Source: Strigamia acuminata
Taxonomy: Eukaryota
Assembly: GCA_949358305.1 (NCBI GenBank)
Contig: OX442314.1
Location: forward strand, 20,460,001 to 20,524,000
DNA length: 64,000 nt
Direction of reading: 5' to 3'
The position numbers were made by a program, and so were the translations under genes. The notes below the pieces were generated by a model. That model ran no database searches. It was not told where the DNA came from and saw only the letters and a list, made by a program, of their open reading frames with translations. Below, in pieces: positions 1-13,347 of the stretch. Numbering within the stretch: the first letter of the stretch is position 1; each line of letters starts with the position of its first letter.

Positions 1-3000
1 TTCGTCGTACGCCACCTGGTGCTCGTCCACGGGATTCTTGTCGCACAACTGCAAGATTTTTCTTGTTTGTTGTCCCACCTCAGGTTTCGGCCCCAACTCC
101 AGCAGCCTTCTCGCAAAACTGGCCGCCGTCTTCAAATTCCTCAGCTTGAAAAACAAATTGAGCGCCGTTCTCAACGTCAAGATCTGATGGATCGGTTGCG
201 TGTTACAATGCGTGAAATAAGCAGCCATCTCGCATATCCTCTTCTGCTCCTCCAGCGTATTCTTTGGCTGTTCCTTCCTCACTTGTTCCATCGTCAGCCC
301 GACCACGTACTCCCTGCAGATGCCGAGCAGTTGCTGCGCCTCGGCAATCTCCTGCTTATTGTCGACGACCAAAAGCAAAATGCTCAACATCAGACTTCGA
401 AACTTCTCCGTGGCTTCCAAGAACTTGCCGGAGGTTGTCAACTGGTAGCAAATCTGTAATCTTCGAATCATTTCCTTCAACTTCAAACCGACGGCCGGCA
501 GCCCATTTTTAGCGGTCGCTTCCCTCCAATTTCTTAGCGGGTACCCGGACAGCGACGGCACCACAGGAAACGCGGTGTACGCGGTTCTACCTCGCGCGTA
601 GGTGGACAAAAACAGTTGCTTGAATTTGGAAAAATCAACGACCCCCACTTGGTCGTGCAGCAACCGGAATGCGGATTCGAACGACCCTGCCAGCACGTGG
701 TCCACGGCCAATTGCGAGTTGTTTGCCCACAACTGCGATGGACTCACGCCCCGTGTCGGTGGAATAAAATAAGCCTCGTCTCCGCCCGCCGCCGCTAGAC
801 CGGCGTCTAAATCCGGCGGTAATTCCAAATCCTCGTCGCCGACGTCCCATCCACCGCCACCGCCGGCGGTGCCTCCATCCTCGGTTTTCGTTCCCAAGAC
901 GTGCTCCTCGTCGTCGCCGCCTTCTCCGAATCCTCCTTCTTCGTCTAAAATCAAATCGGCGTCTTCTCCCCATCCTTCGGGTCCACCCGCGTCTTCAGCC
1001 GCGAGATCGGACGGGAAATTCTTGTTCGAAGCTCCCTCGAAGAATCCTTTGGAAACCGTGAGTAACGGCCAGTTGGATTCGAACTGCATGATCGGTGGAG
1101 ATGGTTGAAGAAGAATAGCGTTTGGATCTACTTCCGGGAGTTGGTCCTTTTCGGGATCGAAGGACGACTTGAGGGTTTCGGCTTCTTCAGTCAAACCGTG
1201 CGTTGCAGCTGTTAGATACGCGAGGGATTTTTGACCGCAGTTCTGTTTATAAAAAAATAAAATTTATAATAAATTAAATTAAATTAAATTAAATAAATAA
1301 GTTAAGAAAATACCTTGAGAATTTTAACTCGTTCGGCAACATCTCCCAAAAACAATGCGTTTTGATATTGACCGCTCGTGTCCTTGCGTATTTCCGCTAT
1401 TTTCATCATTTTACGCAACTTGTCCAAATTTCCAGTTATTAAGTAAAGAAACGACAATTTATCGAAATTCTTGGTGCGTTGGTACGCCATTTCGACAACT
1501 TGATGGTTCCCTTGAAGCAAAGCTGTTTCGCCCAGTCGTTCCCAACACGCCTTGTCGTCCAATGCTCTTGCCGCTTCTAGAGCAACCTATTTTTAAGTTT
1601 ACAAAATTAAAAATTATATATCGATTTATTAAACACTCTTATAATTATTTACTTCGATGTTCCCGCATTCCAAAGCCAATCCGAATCTGGTTTTCTCGTC
1701 TTTAACAAAATGTAAAGCCACTTCCGGATAGCCCTTCTTCTGGAGATAGGCAATTATAGCTTGTCCAACGAGTTTCGCGTTGCGTACCATGTGCAACACT
1801 TCGTCGTACTTCCGATTGATCAAAGCCAATTTAAATTTGAATTCGGTAGGATCGATGCCAAATACTCTAGGACGAGCTTCGCGGTCCAAACAGTAAATAC
1901 TGGAACCCTTTACACGAGTGATGTAAATTGGTAAATCCAAAGTGCGAATTATCCCGTAATCGCTACAAATAAAAAGAAAAATCTGTATAAAGATTCGATT
2001 GTAAAAAAACACCCGTTAAAAATACCCGTTCGTGATAGCGTATTTAATGTGATTGCTGGTGGTGAAAATAAAAACTCCGCTCTCGTCCCACGCGCCGCTC
2101 TTCATTCTCGCGGTCTCGTGGATGGAGCAAAGGAGCTCCAATTTGCGATTACACAGCAAAAGATTGCGTTTGCTGATCACAGCCAAGTGTGACATGTCGG
2201 CGGCCCAGATGACGTACTTCACTTTGGCCACTTTCAATGTTGCTAAAGAGCGTTTTTGCTGAATGTCGAATAAAGTAAGCCCTTCCGAATCTCTCAGCAA
2301 GAGTGTTCCAGTTCCCGCGTAATAAATTTCGTCGCAAACCGGCGTTTGAATCTTCTTGGTTACTTCATTCTTCAAATTCTTCACTACAATCTGCAATATT
2401 TAACAAATCAAAAAGTTAAAAATCGTTTCACCAAAACACTCGAGTAAATAAATTAACCGAATGAGTTCTATCCAAAACGACGAATCGATTTCTCGCCACC
2501 CAAATAGCCGTCAACCCAGACGACCTTTTCGCTTCGGGTGCGTCCGGAACCTGACTGTCCGATTCCTTCGGCACCGAATACAAATCGTAAGTGCTGTTAT
2601 CCACGCTTCCGGTTCTCGTGCAAATCAAAACAGCATTCTCGGCCGGATTGTAACTCATACTGCAACAAAAGGAAAAGAAAACTCATAAAAACGATACATT
2701 AAAAACAAAACAATCAAAATTACCTAAAAACCGGGCTCTTGCCGCCACCTCTCAATTGCATGACCGCCACATCTTTATTACTTTGGAAATCCAATCTCCT
2801 CAAATAGCGATCTTTGACATAAAACAAATAATTATTATGCAAAGCAAACGACGGTCTCTCTCGCTCCAGCTTGAAAATGACCATCCCTCCGTCGTGGCCC
2901 GCTGCGAAAAGATTCAAACTAGGATGCGCAACCAAAATCCAAAAGCGGTCGTGCTCTCTTCGAAACGTATGCAGACAGGTTCTCTTCGCCATGTCCCAAA

Positions 3001-3936
3001 CGCGAATACTTTTATCCTCGGAATTACTGATAATCATTTCTTGCCTCGGATGAAAAATGGCGCAAGAAACATTGCTGTAATGACCCCGACACGTGTCAAC
3101 TTCCCACGCTTTGGAATCATTCATTCGCCACAATTTAATTTGACGATCATCAGCGCCGGAAATGATTAAAGGCATCGTCGGATGAAAAGAGGCCCAATTA
3201 ACTCCTCGATCGTGTCCCTCTAAAACGTGTTTGACCACTGCGTCCGAAGTTCCGAAAAGATCCGTGTGTGTGGGATTTTTTTGATGGTCGTCCAATCCAC
3301 CCGGTCCTGGAGAAACATTTTTCTTGCGCAATCCGAAGATGTCCCATACTCGGACGGTTTGATCCAAAGACGCGGACACGACTAAATCTTCAGTCGGATG
3401 AAATTGAGCGCACATCACGTAATGGTTGTGACCGGTTAAGACGCAGATACAAGTGCGTGATTGCCAGTTCCATATACGGATCGTTTGGTCGTCCGATGCG
3501 CTCAGAATCCAGGGATATTCGTGATGGAAAAACGTGGTACGAATGTAGTCGAGGTGTCCCAGTAATGTGAAAATGCAGCGTCGTTGTTTGTAATTCCACA
3601 CTTTGATTTTGTAGTCATCTCCACCTGGAAATTAAAATATAAACAAGTTAAGCCTAATACACGTAGATTAACACAGCCGGTTTTTTGTTTTTTGTTTTTT
3701 TTTGGTTTCATCATTTTTAATGTGCTGGTACCTGAGACAAATAACGGCTGTTGGGCGTGGAAACAGATTCCACGTACAGGACCTTCGTGTTCATCGAATT
3801 TATCGAGTAAAGTACACATTCGGTAGTCCCACAACTGGATGATTCCGTTGTGCAAAGATGCCAAAATCCATGGTCTTTTCGGGTGAAAAGACAGGCCTTT
3901 GACCCGTGCTGATTTCGTTTCAAACTTCGTCAACAT
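1..3936 (-). CDS. COPA: Coatomer subunit alpha (multi-exon; C-terminus runs off the left edge of the window)
   Basis: ATG at 3936 gives [33 protein letters not shown]40 exons (2720-3601, 2428-2658, 2016-2396, 1629-2012, 1302-1562) match alpha-COP, e.g. [23 protein letters not shown]; short GT-AG introns between them. Confidence 0.97.
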
Positions 3937-4221
3937 TTTCCTAATTATTTGAATCAATATATCAATATATGAATTAAAATCAGTCCAGTGAGTATAACAT
4001 GCCCAGAAAACGCTTACAGAGTTCAGCCGCTGAGTTGGCACTAAACATTAACTGACACCTAGCGATAGAACGTGTAATGTCGTTTCACTTTTTCTATTGA
4101 CCCGGCTGGTTAATAGAAATCGATAAAACTGGTACGTTTGAAAACAAGAGTAAAATTAATTTTTTAAGAATAATTTCGCGATTTAATTGTTTTTTAAGGA
4201 AAGGAAGGGAAACCATCTACT

Positions 4222-5677
4222 ATGGAGGAGTCTGAATTTCGAAAAATTTCACATTTTGCATGTGTTGGTGATTTAGAAAATTTCAAAATCAATTTTGATA
4301 AAAAAAATTTAAAAATACACTGCGGTAACGGAGGTGTTAAAGACACCTTACCTCATGTAGCAGCTAGATGTGGACATTTACCCATATTAAAGTGAGTTTA
4401 TTACACACAAAACCATTTTTATTTTTTAAAAAAGGCAATTAAGCCTACCGGTATCTAACCACTTTTCATTTCAGATTTTTAAACGATGAATGTGGACTTA
4501 AATATATAGAAGCGGAAAATGCTGAGGGAAAAACTGGTTTGCACGAAGCTGCGCAGCACGGGCATTACGAATGCGTTTCTTATTTACTCGCTATAGGGTG
4601 TAATGTTGATGCATTGAAAAGAGCTGACTGGTGATGACTGTAATTTAACGTAAAAAATATAAGAAATTACATTTTTTTATCTGTTAATTTTTATTTCAGG
4701 ACACCTTTGATGTTAGCTTGCACCAAAACTAATCGAAACGTCATTGAGAAGTTGGTCGAGCATGGAGCAAACTTAAATCTGATTAATAAAGACGGTTGGA
4801 CGTGTTTTCACATCGCATGTCGAGAAGGAAATGAAAATATCGTCGCATATTTACTGTCAAAAAATTTACAGTTGGCGAGTGTCAAGAGCAAAAACGGTCG
4901 CACGCCTTTGCACACGGCAGGTAGGAGAATGAAGCTGAAAATTAAAAATAAATAAAATTATAAAACATTTTATACATATAAGTTTTACACGGCCGGCATT
5001 CAGTAACGGATCTTTTGCTAAGAACTGGAGATTTCACGTGTAACGAAACAGATTCGTGTGAAACAACTTTTATGATGGATGCATTGCGGAGTGGACATAT
5101 TACATGCGCTGAATTGCTTCTGAAACACAATGACTCAGTAAACTATTCAACAGATTAGTTTAAATTGGAATTAACGTATTTATTTCGCATATTGCAGATT
5201 GATTTACGTCAACGCGATGCAAATGGTAGACAAGCTATTCATTTGGCGGCTGAAGCGGATCAAATTAAATCGATAGAATTTTTAATGGAACGTTGCATAA
5301 GTGTTGATGATAGGACAACAAATGGAAACACACCGTTGCATATAGCCAGCAGAGTGCGATTAAAACATTTTTAATAGTTTACAAACTGCAAATATTGATA
5401 TTCGGTTCTGCATTTTTTGGTTAATATAGGAAGGCAATATCGAAACTGTCAAATTCTTAATAAACAAAGGAGCAGACTGCTTAATAAAAGATAATAAAAA
5501 CAGAAATGGTAAGAACAAAGAGTTAAAGTTGAATTTTTATTAATTTTTATGCATTTACGTTTGTGTTTATTGCTTCCAGCTCTTGATTTTGCATCTTGTG
5601 CCAAACTCGATGAAGTTGCGGTGTTTTTAAATGACTGTTTAGTGAAGAAAAGCGATCGATTATCAGTTAGTGCTTAA
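4222..5677 (+). CDS. ANKRD16: Ankyrin repeat domain-containing protein 16 (multi-exon)
   Basis: Spliced reading gives VDALKRADW|TPLMLACTK...LVEHGANLNLINKDGWTCFHIACREG, matching ANKRD16 ankyrin repeats as I recall them; ATG 4222, TAA 5675-5677. Confidence 0.85.
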
Positions 5678-5981
5678 CACATTGTTATTACCCATTTGCA
5701 AGAGTTTAAAGTAAGTGCTAAATAAACAAAAGTCGAATATAATTTACGCCTAAATGAAAAATAAACGATTATTTTGTTAAAGTAAACGTTTTACAGTTTA
5801 TCTATCTGAATTATTATGACCATTACAACATTTAGAATCCATTTTGTGTAGAGTAATCTATTGGTAAACAATGTTAAGTTGTGGATTGTCGATTCAAAAG
5901 ACATAAATTTGTCGTAATTCCACTGAGGTTTGGTAATTCGTTTTACCATATATTCGAATCTCGTTCTTTGTTCGCATCAAA

Positions 5982-7551
5982 ATGATTTATCACAGCCGTG
6001 GCTCCGCTTTACGCAGGCCACATTGTGTCGTTCGGAGACCCAAGAAGCGCACAACTCCTAGCAAAGCATCAGAGTTTGATAAAATTGTTAATATCGGCGC
6101 GTTTACTACTCGGATGTGGTACAACGTTACGTGGAGTTTGTTTTTAATATTTTGTTTGATTCTTTGCATTTATCAGACTTGCAACAGACTTAATTTGTAT
6201 TATGCGAATCCGATTACTACTATTGTCAGTATTTTAAGAAATTCTACGTTCCTGTATCCGATTATCACCGTTTGTGGCAGTTTAAAAGGCGGTACAAACG
6301 AAATGGAGAAATATTTGGCCAGGAATCGGTGGGATTGCAGCGGACCGAAAGAAAAGAAGTTCTGGGAAACATTAACGGCATTAAATTTAAATCAAATTTG
6401 GAGCATGGCTAATATTTCCAAAGATTTTAATGTTCGTGGCTCAGTAAGTCAAATTTAAACCTACAATTCCATGTTTTGATTTTTTTTAAAAACGTGATTT
6501 TTGTAATTTATCAGTTGACATCTATCGATGGAGCTGACATCAAAGTTAAAACTCACGAATTGTCAACAATTTTTGGTTTTTGCGCGTCATTGTCTTTAGG
6601 TATTTATTCGTTTCTTAAGAGTTTCATTTGAAACTAACTAATGAATTTTAGATGTTCCGGTAAAGCCGCATCCTCCATCCGTTTACAAGCTATTTCTTAG
6701 TCGTTCCGTCATTGCAAAATGCTCCGATAAGCCAAAAGTAAGAATGAATGTTTGGTAATCAAAATAAAAATTGCAATTGTCGAAATTCTAGGTGTTAATT
6801 CACACCGATGCTGATTACGCAAAATCTATGTTTCTCGAAACAACATCATTAGAGTTACCTCACTCCGTATCAGGACGGCTGGTTTTATCCGCTAAACAAG
6901 TAATTCAATCATATTTTTTAATAGATTCAAATTAAAACGTTGCAATTCAAGTTCAAGCTCGTCAACACTTCAAACAATCCGTGTTATCGCGACAGTGAAA
7001 GAACCAAATGTTTTAATGACTGCGTCTTTAATGCTATTTACAATCAAACTTTTTGCAAGTAAGAACTAAAGAGAAAAATTAATTCTTATTTAAAATGACC
7101 GTTGTTTTTTTATTTCAGATTTCCTTTCATGGATTCAGTAGCACTTTTTGATCATTTGCCTTACTGTTCCGGTACAGCGAGATCCTCCTTGGCTTATTCC
7201 ATCATCATCGAACGATATCGGCAAACCAATCCCGACAACTGCAAGTGCCCTAAAATTTGCGATGAAGTTGTTTACTCGACGTCTTTATTTATTGATGATA
7301 AGTTAGAAAATGAAACCTTAATCGTCGTTGAAGTTAGCGATACAAATATTGAATTAATTGAACAAAAGCTTTCTTACGATTTCATTTCTTTGCTCTGCGA
7401 TATTGGCGGGAACCTGAGTTTGTACATTGGGGTTTGCTTGTTGTCAGTTTTGGATTTTATTGAATCTATCTGCAAAATAATTTCTAAGACAGCTTTTTTC
7501 AATCGATGTTCAAAGGTCGGAAGTGCAAAGGAAACTGTTATACTAAATTGA
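5982..7551 (+). CDS. Divergent DEG/ENaC (pickpocket/ASIC-like) channel subunit, about 6 exons, roughly 425 aa
   Basis: TM1 followed by YYANPITT and YPIITVC; Cys-rich thumb (CKCPKICDEVVY); pre-TM2/TM2 YDFISLLCDIGGNLSLYIGVCLLSVLDFIE. Confidence 0.85.
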
Positions 7552-7796
7552 TTTTTCTGGCTTTAATTTAATGCATTCTCATTATAATCCCAATGAATAT
7601 TTTAGGTACGTCACAATAACACGTAAGCACATAGTAATATAATCATAGTGTATTTATTTAGAAACTATATGTAGTGTTCTAGAAAATAAACTTTTAATTC
7701 ATAATCCAAAAATACGGTTCTATCAAATGGTGATGGCGAGATCAATAAAATCAATAAAAAAAAACATTGGTTTATTACCCGGAATGACTTTTAGAT

Positions 7797-7810
7797 GTTG
7801 TCAAGGCAAC
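7797..7810. promoter_or_regulatory. RFX X-box upstream of CFAP57 (second X-box-like site GTTACTATAGCAAT at 8128-8141)
   Basis: GTTGTCAAGGCAAC fits the RFX palindrome GTTGCCATGGCAAC; it lies just upstream of a probable 5'UTR exon (donor GTAAGT 7930, acceptor TTTACAG 8197). Confidence 0.65.
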
Positions 7811-8212
7811 TGAGGAAGTGAAGCAGCCGACACAAAAACAGACAGGCTCAACATGTGCTGGCTGCAGTGAATTTATCCAGTTTGGCCAACTGAACAACGT
7901 TTCAACTTATTTGGTACAAATTCGAACCTGTAAGTACAACACTGGCGTTCAAAACGCACAATTTGAACACAAAAGAGACGAATACCTTTCAAAAATGTAC
8001 AAAACCAAACTATTTTTAGCATAAATTTCAAAATCAATTAATACCAACCTCATTTTTATTATCTTTCTAAATATAAAAACCAATATTCTCTGTATGTTTA
8101 CATTTCTCCGTTCTTTCCAAATTGATTGTTACTATAGCAATATTTGTTATTCCCTACGATATGAAAACATAATTTACATTAATGGTTATCTTTACAGGGT
8201 TTAAAAGAAATC

Positions 8213-11200
8213 ATGTTAGCCTGCTTGCAAACAAAGTATATATTTGGTGTTAAAGATCATATCAAATCAAACGTCCATTTTATTGATGACCACACACTGG
8301 TATATCCGAGTGGAATTAATGTCGTTGTTTACCACATCAACCACAGGACCCAGAACTACATTCCTCCACATTCCAAAGGCAGAGGAATGACATGTCTGGT
8401 GGTGAGTCCTGATCGAACGCGCATGGCCATTGCAGAACGGGGAGAACAAAGGGCCATCATCAACATATACGATCCCTCAACCAGAAGAAGACTTAAGACC
8501 TTAGTATCACCCGAAGTACAATGCAGAGAGTATGTGAGCATGGCTTTTGCATCTGATGGCAAACACTTCATGGCGCAAGGTGGGGGTCCGGATTGGACCC
8601 TCACTTACTGGTTGTGGGAGAAAAACAGACTGTTGGGTACTGTTTGTAACAGTAATTTGCAGACACTGACACCCATTAACGAGGTAATTTGCTAGGATGG
8701 GAAAAGAAATGAATATATTTTCAATTATTTTGATTTTATTAGGTGCTTTTTCATCCGCTTGATCACCTGGTTGTGTGTGCTGTTGGGCCCTCGGTTTTAC
8801 AATGTTTGAAGTTTACTAAAGGATCGTTCAAGCATAGGCCTGTACACAAAGTAGAAGGGATTATGTTTACGTGTGCTCATTGGGTTAACGAAGACCGTAT
8901 TATTGCTGGAAGTGATGTTGGTGAAATTATATTAATCGACCATTTTGAGCTGAAGAGTATTATTATTGTTCAGAGAATGGTGTGGGTTGATGCTAATCAA
9001 GAAGAAATGCGGTGAGTTGTGATATGACGTTTGGATTAAATAGAACTAAGCTGTCATTCTATGTCAACATTAAATATTAATGATGCAATAAATAGAAGAA
9101 TGCTCGTTGTTTTTGACGGTATAGATGTCGTTTACAGGTGCAATTTTAGTGCATTAGGATATGATGTGGTCGTGACAGTGGGAGGGTCGAGATATAAATC
9201 GATTTCTTTGGCATCCATCCAGCCAAGGCCAAATAGAATTAGTTTCATTATTTGAATAAAAACTGGTGTATATGTGATCGTAAATCACTTCTCTTTTGTT
9301 ATTTTTTATTTTCAAACAGAAATCGTGGTGATGAATTGGAAGAACCTCCTGAATATCAAATGTTTCCACTCAATAGACCAGTAAACTTCATTTCATCATA
9401 TTCAAAAGGAGTTTTTGTTTCTTGTGGATCTGGATCGGTTTATTTCTTTGAAAAAGTGCAGAATGAAAAAGAAACGACTTACAGACAAACAAAAATGCTC
9501 CGTGTGAGTAATATAACTTGAAGTGGATTTATCTATTGTTTGTTTATGTAATGTATATTTTAGATTCCTCAAGATCCACTATGTGCCGACCCGTCCAGAC
9601 CGGAGGAACAGATTTGTCAACACATTACAATTAGCCCTGGTGAAGAGTTGTGCGTTGTAAGCACCAATCAACTACAGTTATATTGTATGAACTTAACAAC
9701 ATTTGAGATATACAAGGTAGAGATAATCATATTTGTTTGTGATAAAATATGAAATAAAAAAAATATGTCTGTATTCCAGAGCTTCCAAGTACACTTTGAC
9801 TTCTTGGTTACTCCATTTCATTCCAAACCAATTGTAGATTTGGATTTATGTATTCGAAAACCTATAACAGTCACTTGTGGCATTGATAATTCCATTCGAC
9901 TATGGAACTACGAATCAAACACGGAAGTTTTGCATAAGGAATTTAGCGAAGAAGTATTGTGCATTGCAATTCATCCTGCAGGTCCTTTTTTCCTCTAAAT
10001 ATTTTACCCATTTTGCACATTTATTTGTGATTTTTTTTGTCAGGGTACATACTAATCGTTGGTTTCAATGATAGAGTTAGATTGATGACCGTGTTAATTG
10101 ACGAACTTAAGATATTTAAAGAAATTAATCTCAAATCATGTAGAATCGCTACATTCAGTCACGGTGGCCATTTGTTTACTGCCATGCAAGACAATGTGAT
10201 ACAAGTATACAGCACCATTACATTCGAATTGGTGCAAAGCTTAAAAGGACATCACACAAAGGTGCGCGAGAGGGAGTGTTGTGGATCTGTAATTTGTATT
10301 ATTATTATTGTTTAGGTAACATCTTTAGCGTGGACTTACGACGACACCAGCATAGTTTCTTGCGGTGTCGATGGTGCGGTGTACGAGTGGGGGCCCATCA
10401 CTGGCAAAAGAACTTCAGAAAGTGTAATCAAAGGATGTCACTATTTGTGCGTGACTGTCACATCAGACAACAAAGCTGCTATTGCCATTAGTGGCGACAG
10501 GGTGGTTCGTGAGATCAGTGAATCTCAAGTTGTACGACAGGTGTCGACGAATGAAATACTCACGCAAGTGGTGTTGTCTCACAGTGGAAGATATTTGTTT
10601 ATAAGTACGGGCCACGGTTCAATTTGGTCCGTTAAATTTCCATTGGCGTCGTTTGCTGGTGATTTTCTGGAATATCACATACACAGCGCACCAATTACGA
10701 AGGTACGTAGTAGGAGTATAAATCAAGCTTATAATTATACGTTGGATTAGTTTAATGAGTGTTGCATGTTTGTTTTGCTCGAATCAATGCGCAATGGATG
10801 TGTCTAATTGGTTGAATTTGCTAATGTTTAGATGAAGATAACGTATGATGATCAATATTTAGTTACTGCGAGTGAGGATGCGTCTGTTTGCATATGGAGT
10901 ATTGTGGATCGTGAAGGACGGTCACTCAGAAGAGAGAAAGAGATAGTCGTTGCTCATGAAACGTTGATCACTCTACCTGAGCTCGAAGAAAAGGTTTGAT
11001 TTTTGCTTAGTCAAATTATCTTCTTATTTTTCTGTATTATATTTTGCAGAACTCGATTATAAATGATATGAAAATCAGAGTGAACGAGTTGAAAATGGAG
11101 AGTGAATACCAAATGAGATTGAAAGATATGAAGTACGCGGATAAAATGACGGACATGACCAAGAGTTTCATCAATGAGATGGATGCACTGAGACAAAAAC

Positions 11201-13118
11201 TTCAGGCATAAATACAAATAATATTCAATTATCAATCGAATGAAGAAGTTTGAATTTTCCAGGCGGCAGAAATGGAGAAAGATCGAGTTGTTATGCAGTT
11301 TGACGAAGAAATGAGAAAAACAACGCACAAATTCTCGCATGAAGCCGACGAAACCGAAGCTTTGAGCAACCATAAATTGATATTGGAATACAAGAAATAC
11401 CAGGAGTTGCAAGAATTTAGTTCGCAAGCTCAATTGGAGTTGGAAAGCAAATTAGAAGATTTGGAGAAATCAAAAAAACAGGCGTTGGAAGAGTTAATCG
11501 AGTTCTATGAGAATAAATTAAGAGACAAAGAAGGCCAGTTGGACATGGTACTCAAATTAATGTCTTATCCGATTCACTTTTCATCCACATTTGGTGAATT
11601 TGCACATTTTATGAAATATTACAGGTTAGAGAACAATCACAGTCCACTTACTTGGAACAAGAAGAAGTTAAAAAACAGATTGAAGAGGATACAGATAGAG
11701 AGATTTTAGATACTAAAATCAAGTATGAAAAGAAACTGAAGGAAGAAAAGGATTCGAACATAAAACTGAAAGGAGAAGCTGCTCTGTTAAAGAAAAAAGT
11801 AATTTAAAAAAAAATCTGACGTAAAATCTTTTTTTTTAACATGTTTAGTTTTAGTTTTTAACTATGCAAAAAGAAATCGATGACCAGAAGATGAACATAC
11901 AGAAAGGTGTGACAGAACAACAAAAACTGCAAGGTGTTATCAATAGTTTAGAGAAGGATATTGGGACATTGAAGGAAGAGATCAATGAAAGGGATGGTAC
12001 GATTCAAGATAAAGAAAACAAAATATACGACTTGAAAAAGAAAAATCAGGAGTTAGAAAAGTTCAAGTTTGTCTTGGACTACAAGATCAAAGAACTGAAG
12101 AAACAGCTCGAGCCCAAGGATAACGATATCAGAGAAATGGAGGAACAAGTGTCAGTAGTAAGTGCTAAATGAAACACTTAATCAAACACGAATAAATTAA
12201 AAATTGTTATATACTTTTAGATGGAAGTTGAATTGAACAGGTTCAGATTGGACAACGAGAAATTGGAATTGGAAATCAACGCACTCAAGCAAAAGTTACG
12301 CGTAATTGACAAAGAGATGCGAGAAGAAAGAGTAAAGGCGAGTAAAGAAAATAAAAATGTGAAAAGTAATGTGATAAATCAGTTAAACAAATTTGCATCT
12401 AGGCTCGTGACGTGCAAACTTCATTCGACAGGCTTAAATCAGACATATATAAGTGTGCCGGCTTCTTACAAAATACCAAGCAGCTCAAACAAAGCGTTAA
12501 GCTCATATGCCAGACGCACGTGGCCGCGCACAAGGTATCAAAGTAGACCTAAAACTAACTCGGCAACCACTAACCTAAACCAGCAAAACTGAGCCTAACT
12601 GAATCGATTGAATGGTTTAGCCTGGAAATTTTCTAGAAGACACTTACACGTTGCTACTTAACACATCAGGCAGAGAGAACATCTTGAGAGAACCGTAGTG
12701 TCTCTGAGAAGAAAACTTAATAAAGACACAAAGCTTCATTACAGCGATTACTTCCGTATAATGAAGGTTGGTTTCATGCTTTTCGCATGTGTAGTAAGCG
12801 AATTTTAATTTTCCTATACAATCAGCAAAATGTGAGACTGATTAAAGAGATCAACGATTTGAGACAAGAGCTCAAAGTTGCCCGAGTACAGTTATGCGAG
12901 ATGGAAAAAGGGAAAGTCAAAGTGTGTAAAATCGAATCGTCGGGTAAATTGCAAAGCGTCACTGCTGGACAAATACGAGAAGGTCAAGGTGAAGTCGATG
13001 TAAACTTAATCAAAAAGATAAGATAAGCTAACTCCAGCATAAGGAAATTAACGCTCTACATTCGCGCCTCGAAGATAATAGCATGAAATTGCCGCAGATT
13101 AAATCCAAATGTGGCTAA
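8213..13118 (+). CDS. CFAP57: Cilia- and flagella-associated protein 57 (WDR65); WD40 N-half plus coiled-coil C-half; last exon uncertain
   Basis: Motifs [38 protein letters not shown] and [32 protein letters not shown] are characteristic of CFAP57; many short introns. Confidence 0.92.
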
Positions 13119-13347
13119 GTCAAAAACTAGCCAGCTCTAAAGAAAATTGTTTGTTTGTTTGTCAAGAAATTTAAAATTGTCAGTTTTTGATCAAACGTTT
13201 AACAAGTATGATACCTTATTGCCTAAGTTTACAAGGAAAAATTGGAATGTAAACTATTACGTTCTTAAATTGAGTTAATAACAAAATTTGTGCATTCACT
13301 TGTAACAAATAAAAATTAAATAACATAAAATTCACAATACATTCATT

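Noticed and set aside
19..3826. Multiple plus-strand ORFs and an Arg-rich minus-strand ORF (635-973)
   Set aside because: Antisense or alternative-frame shadows of COPA exons
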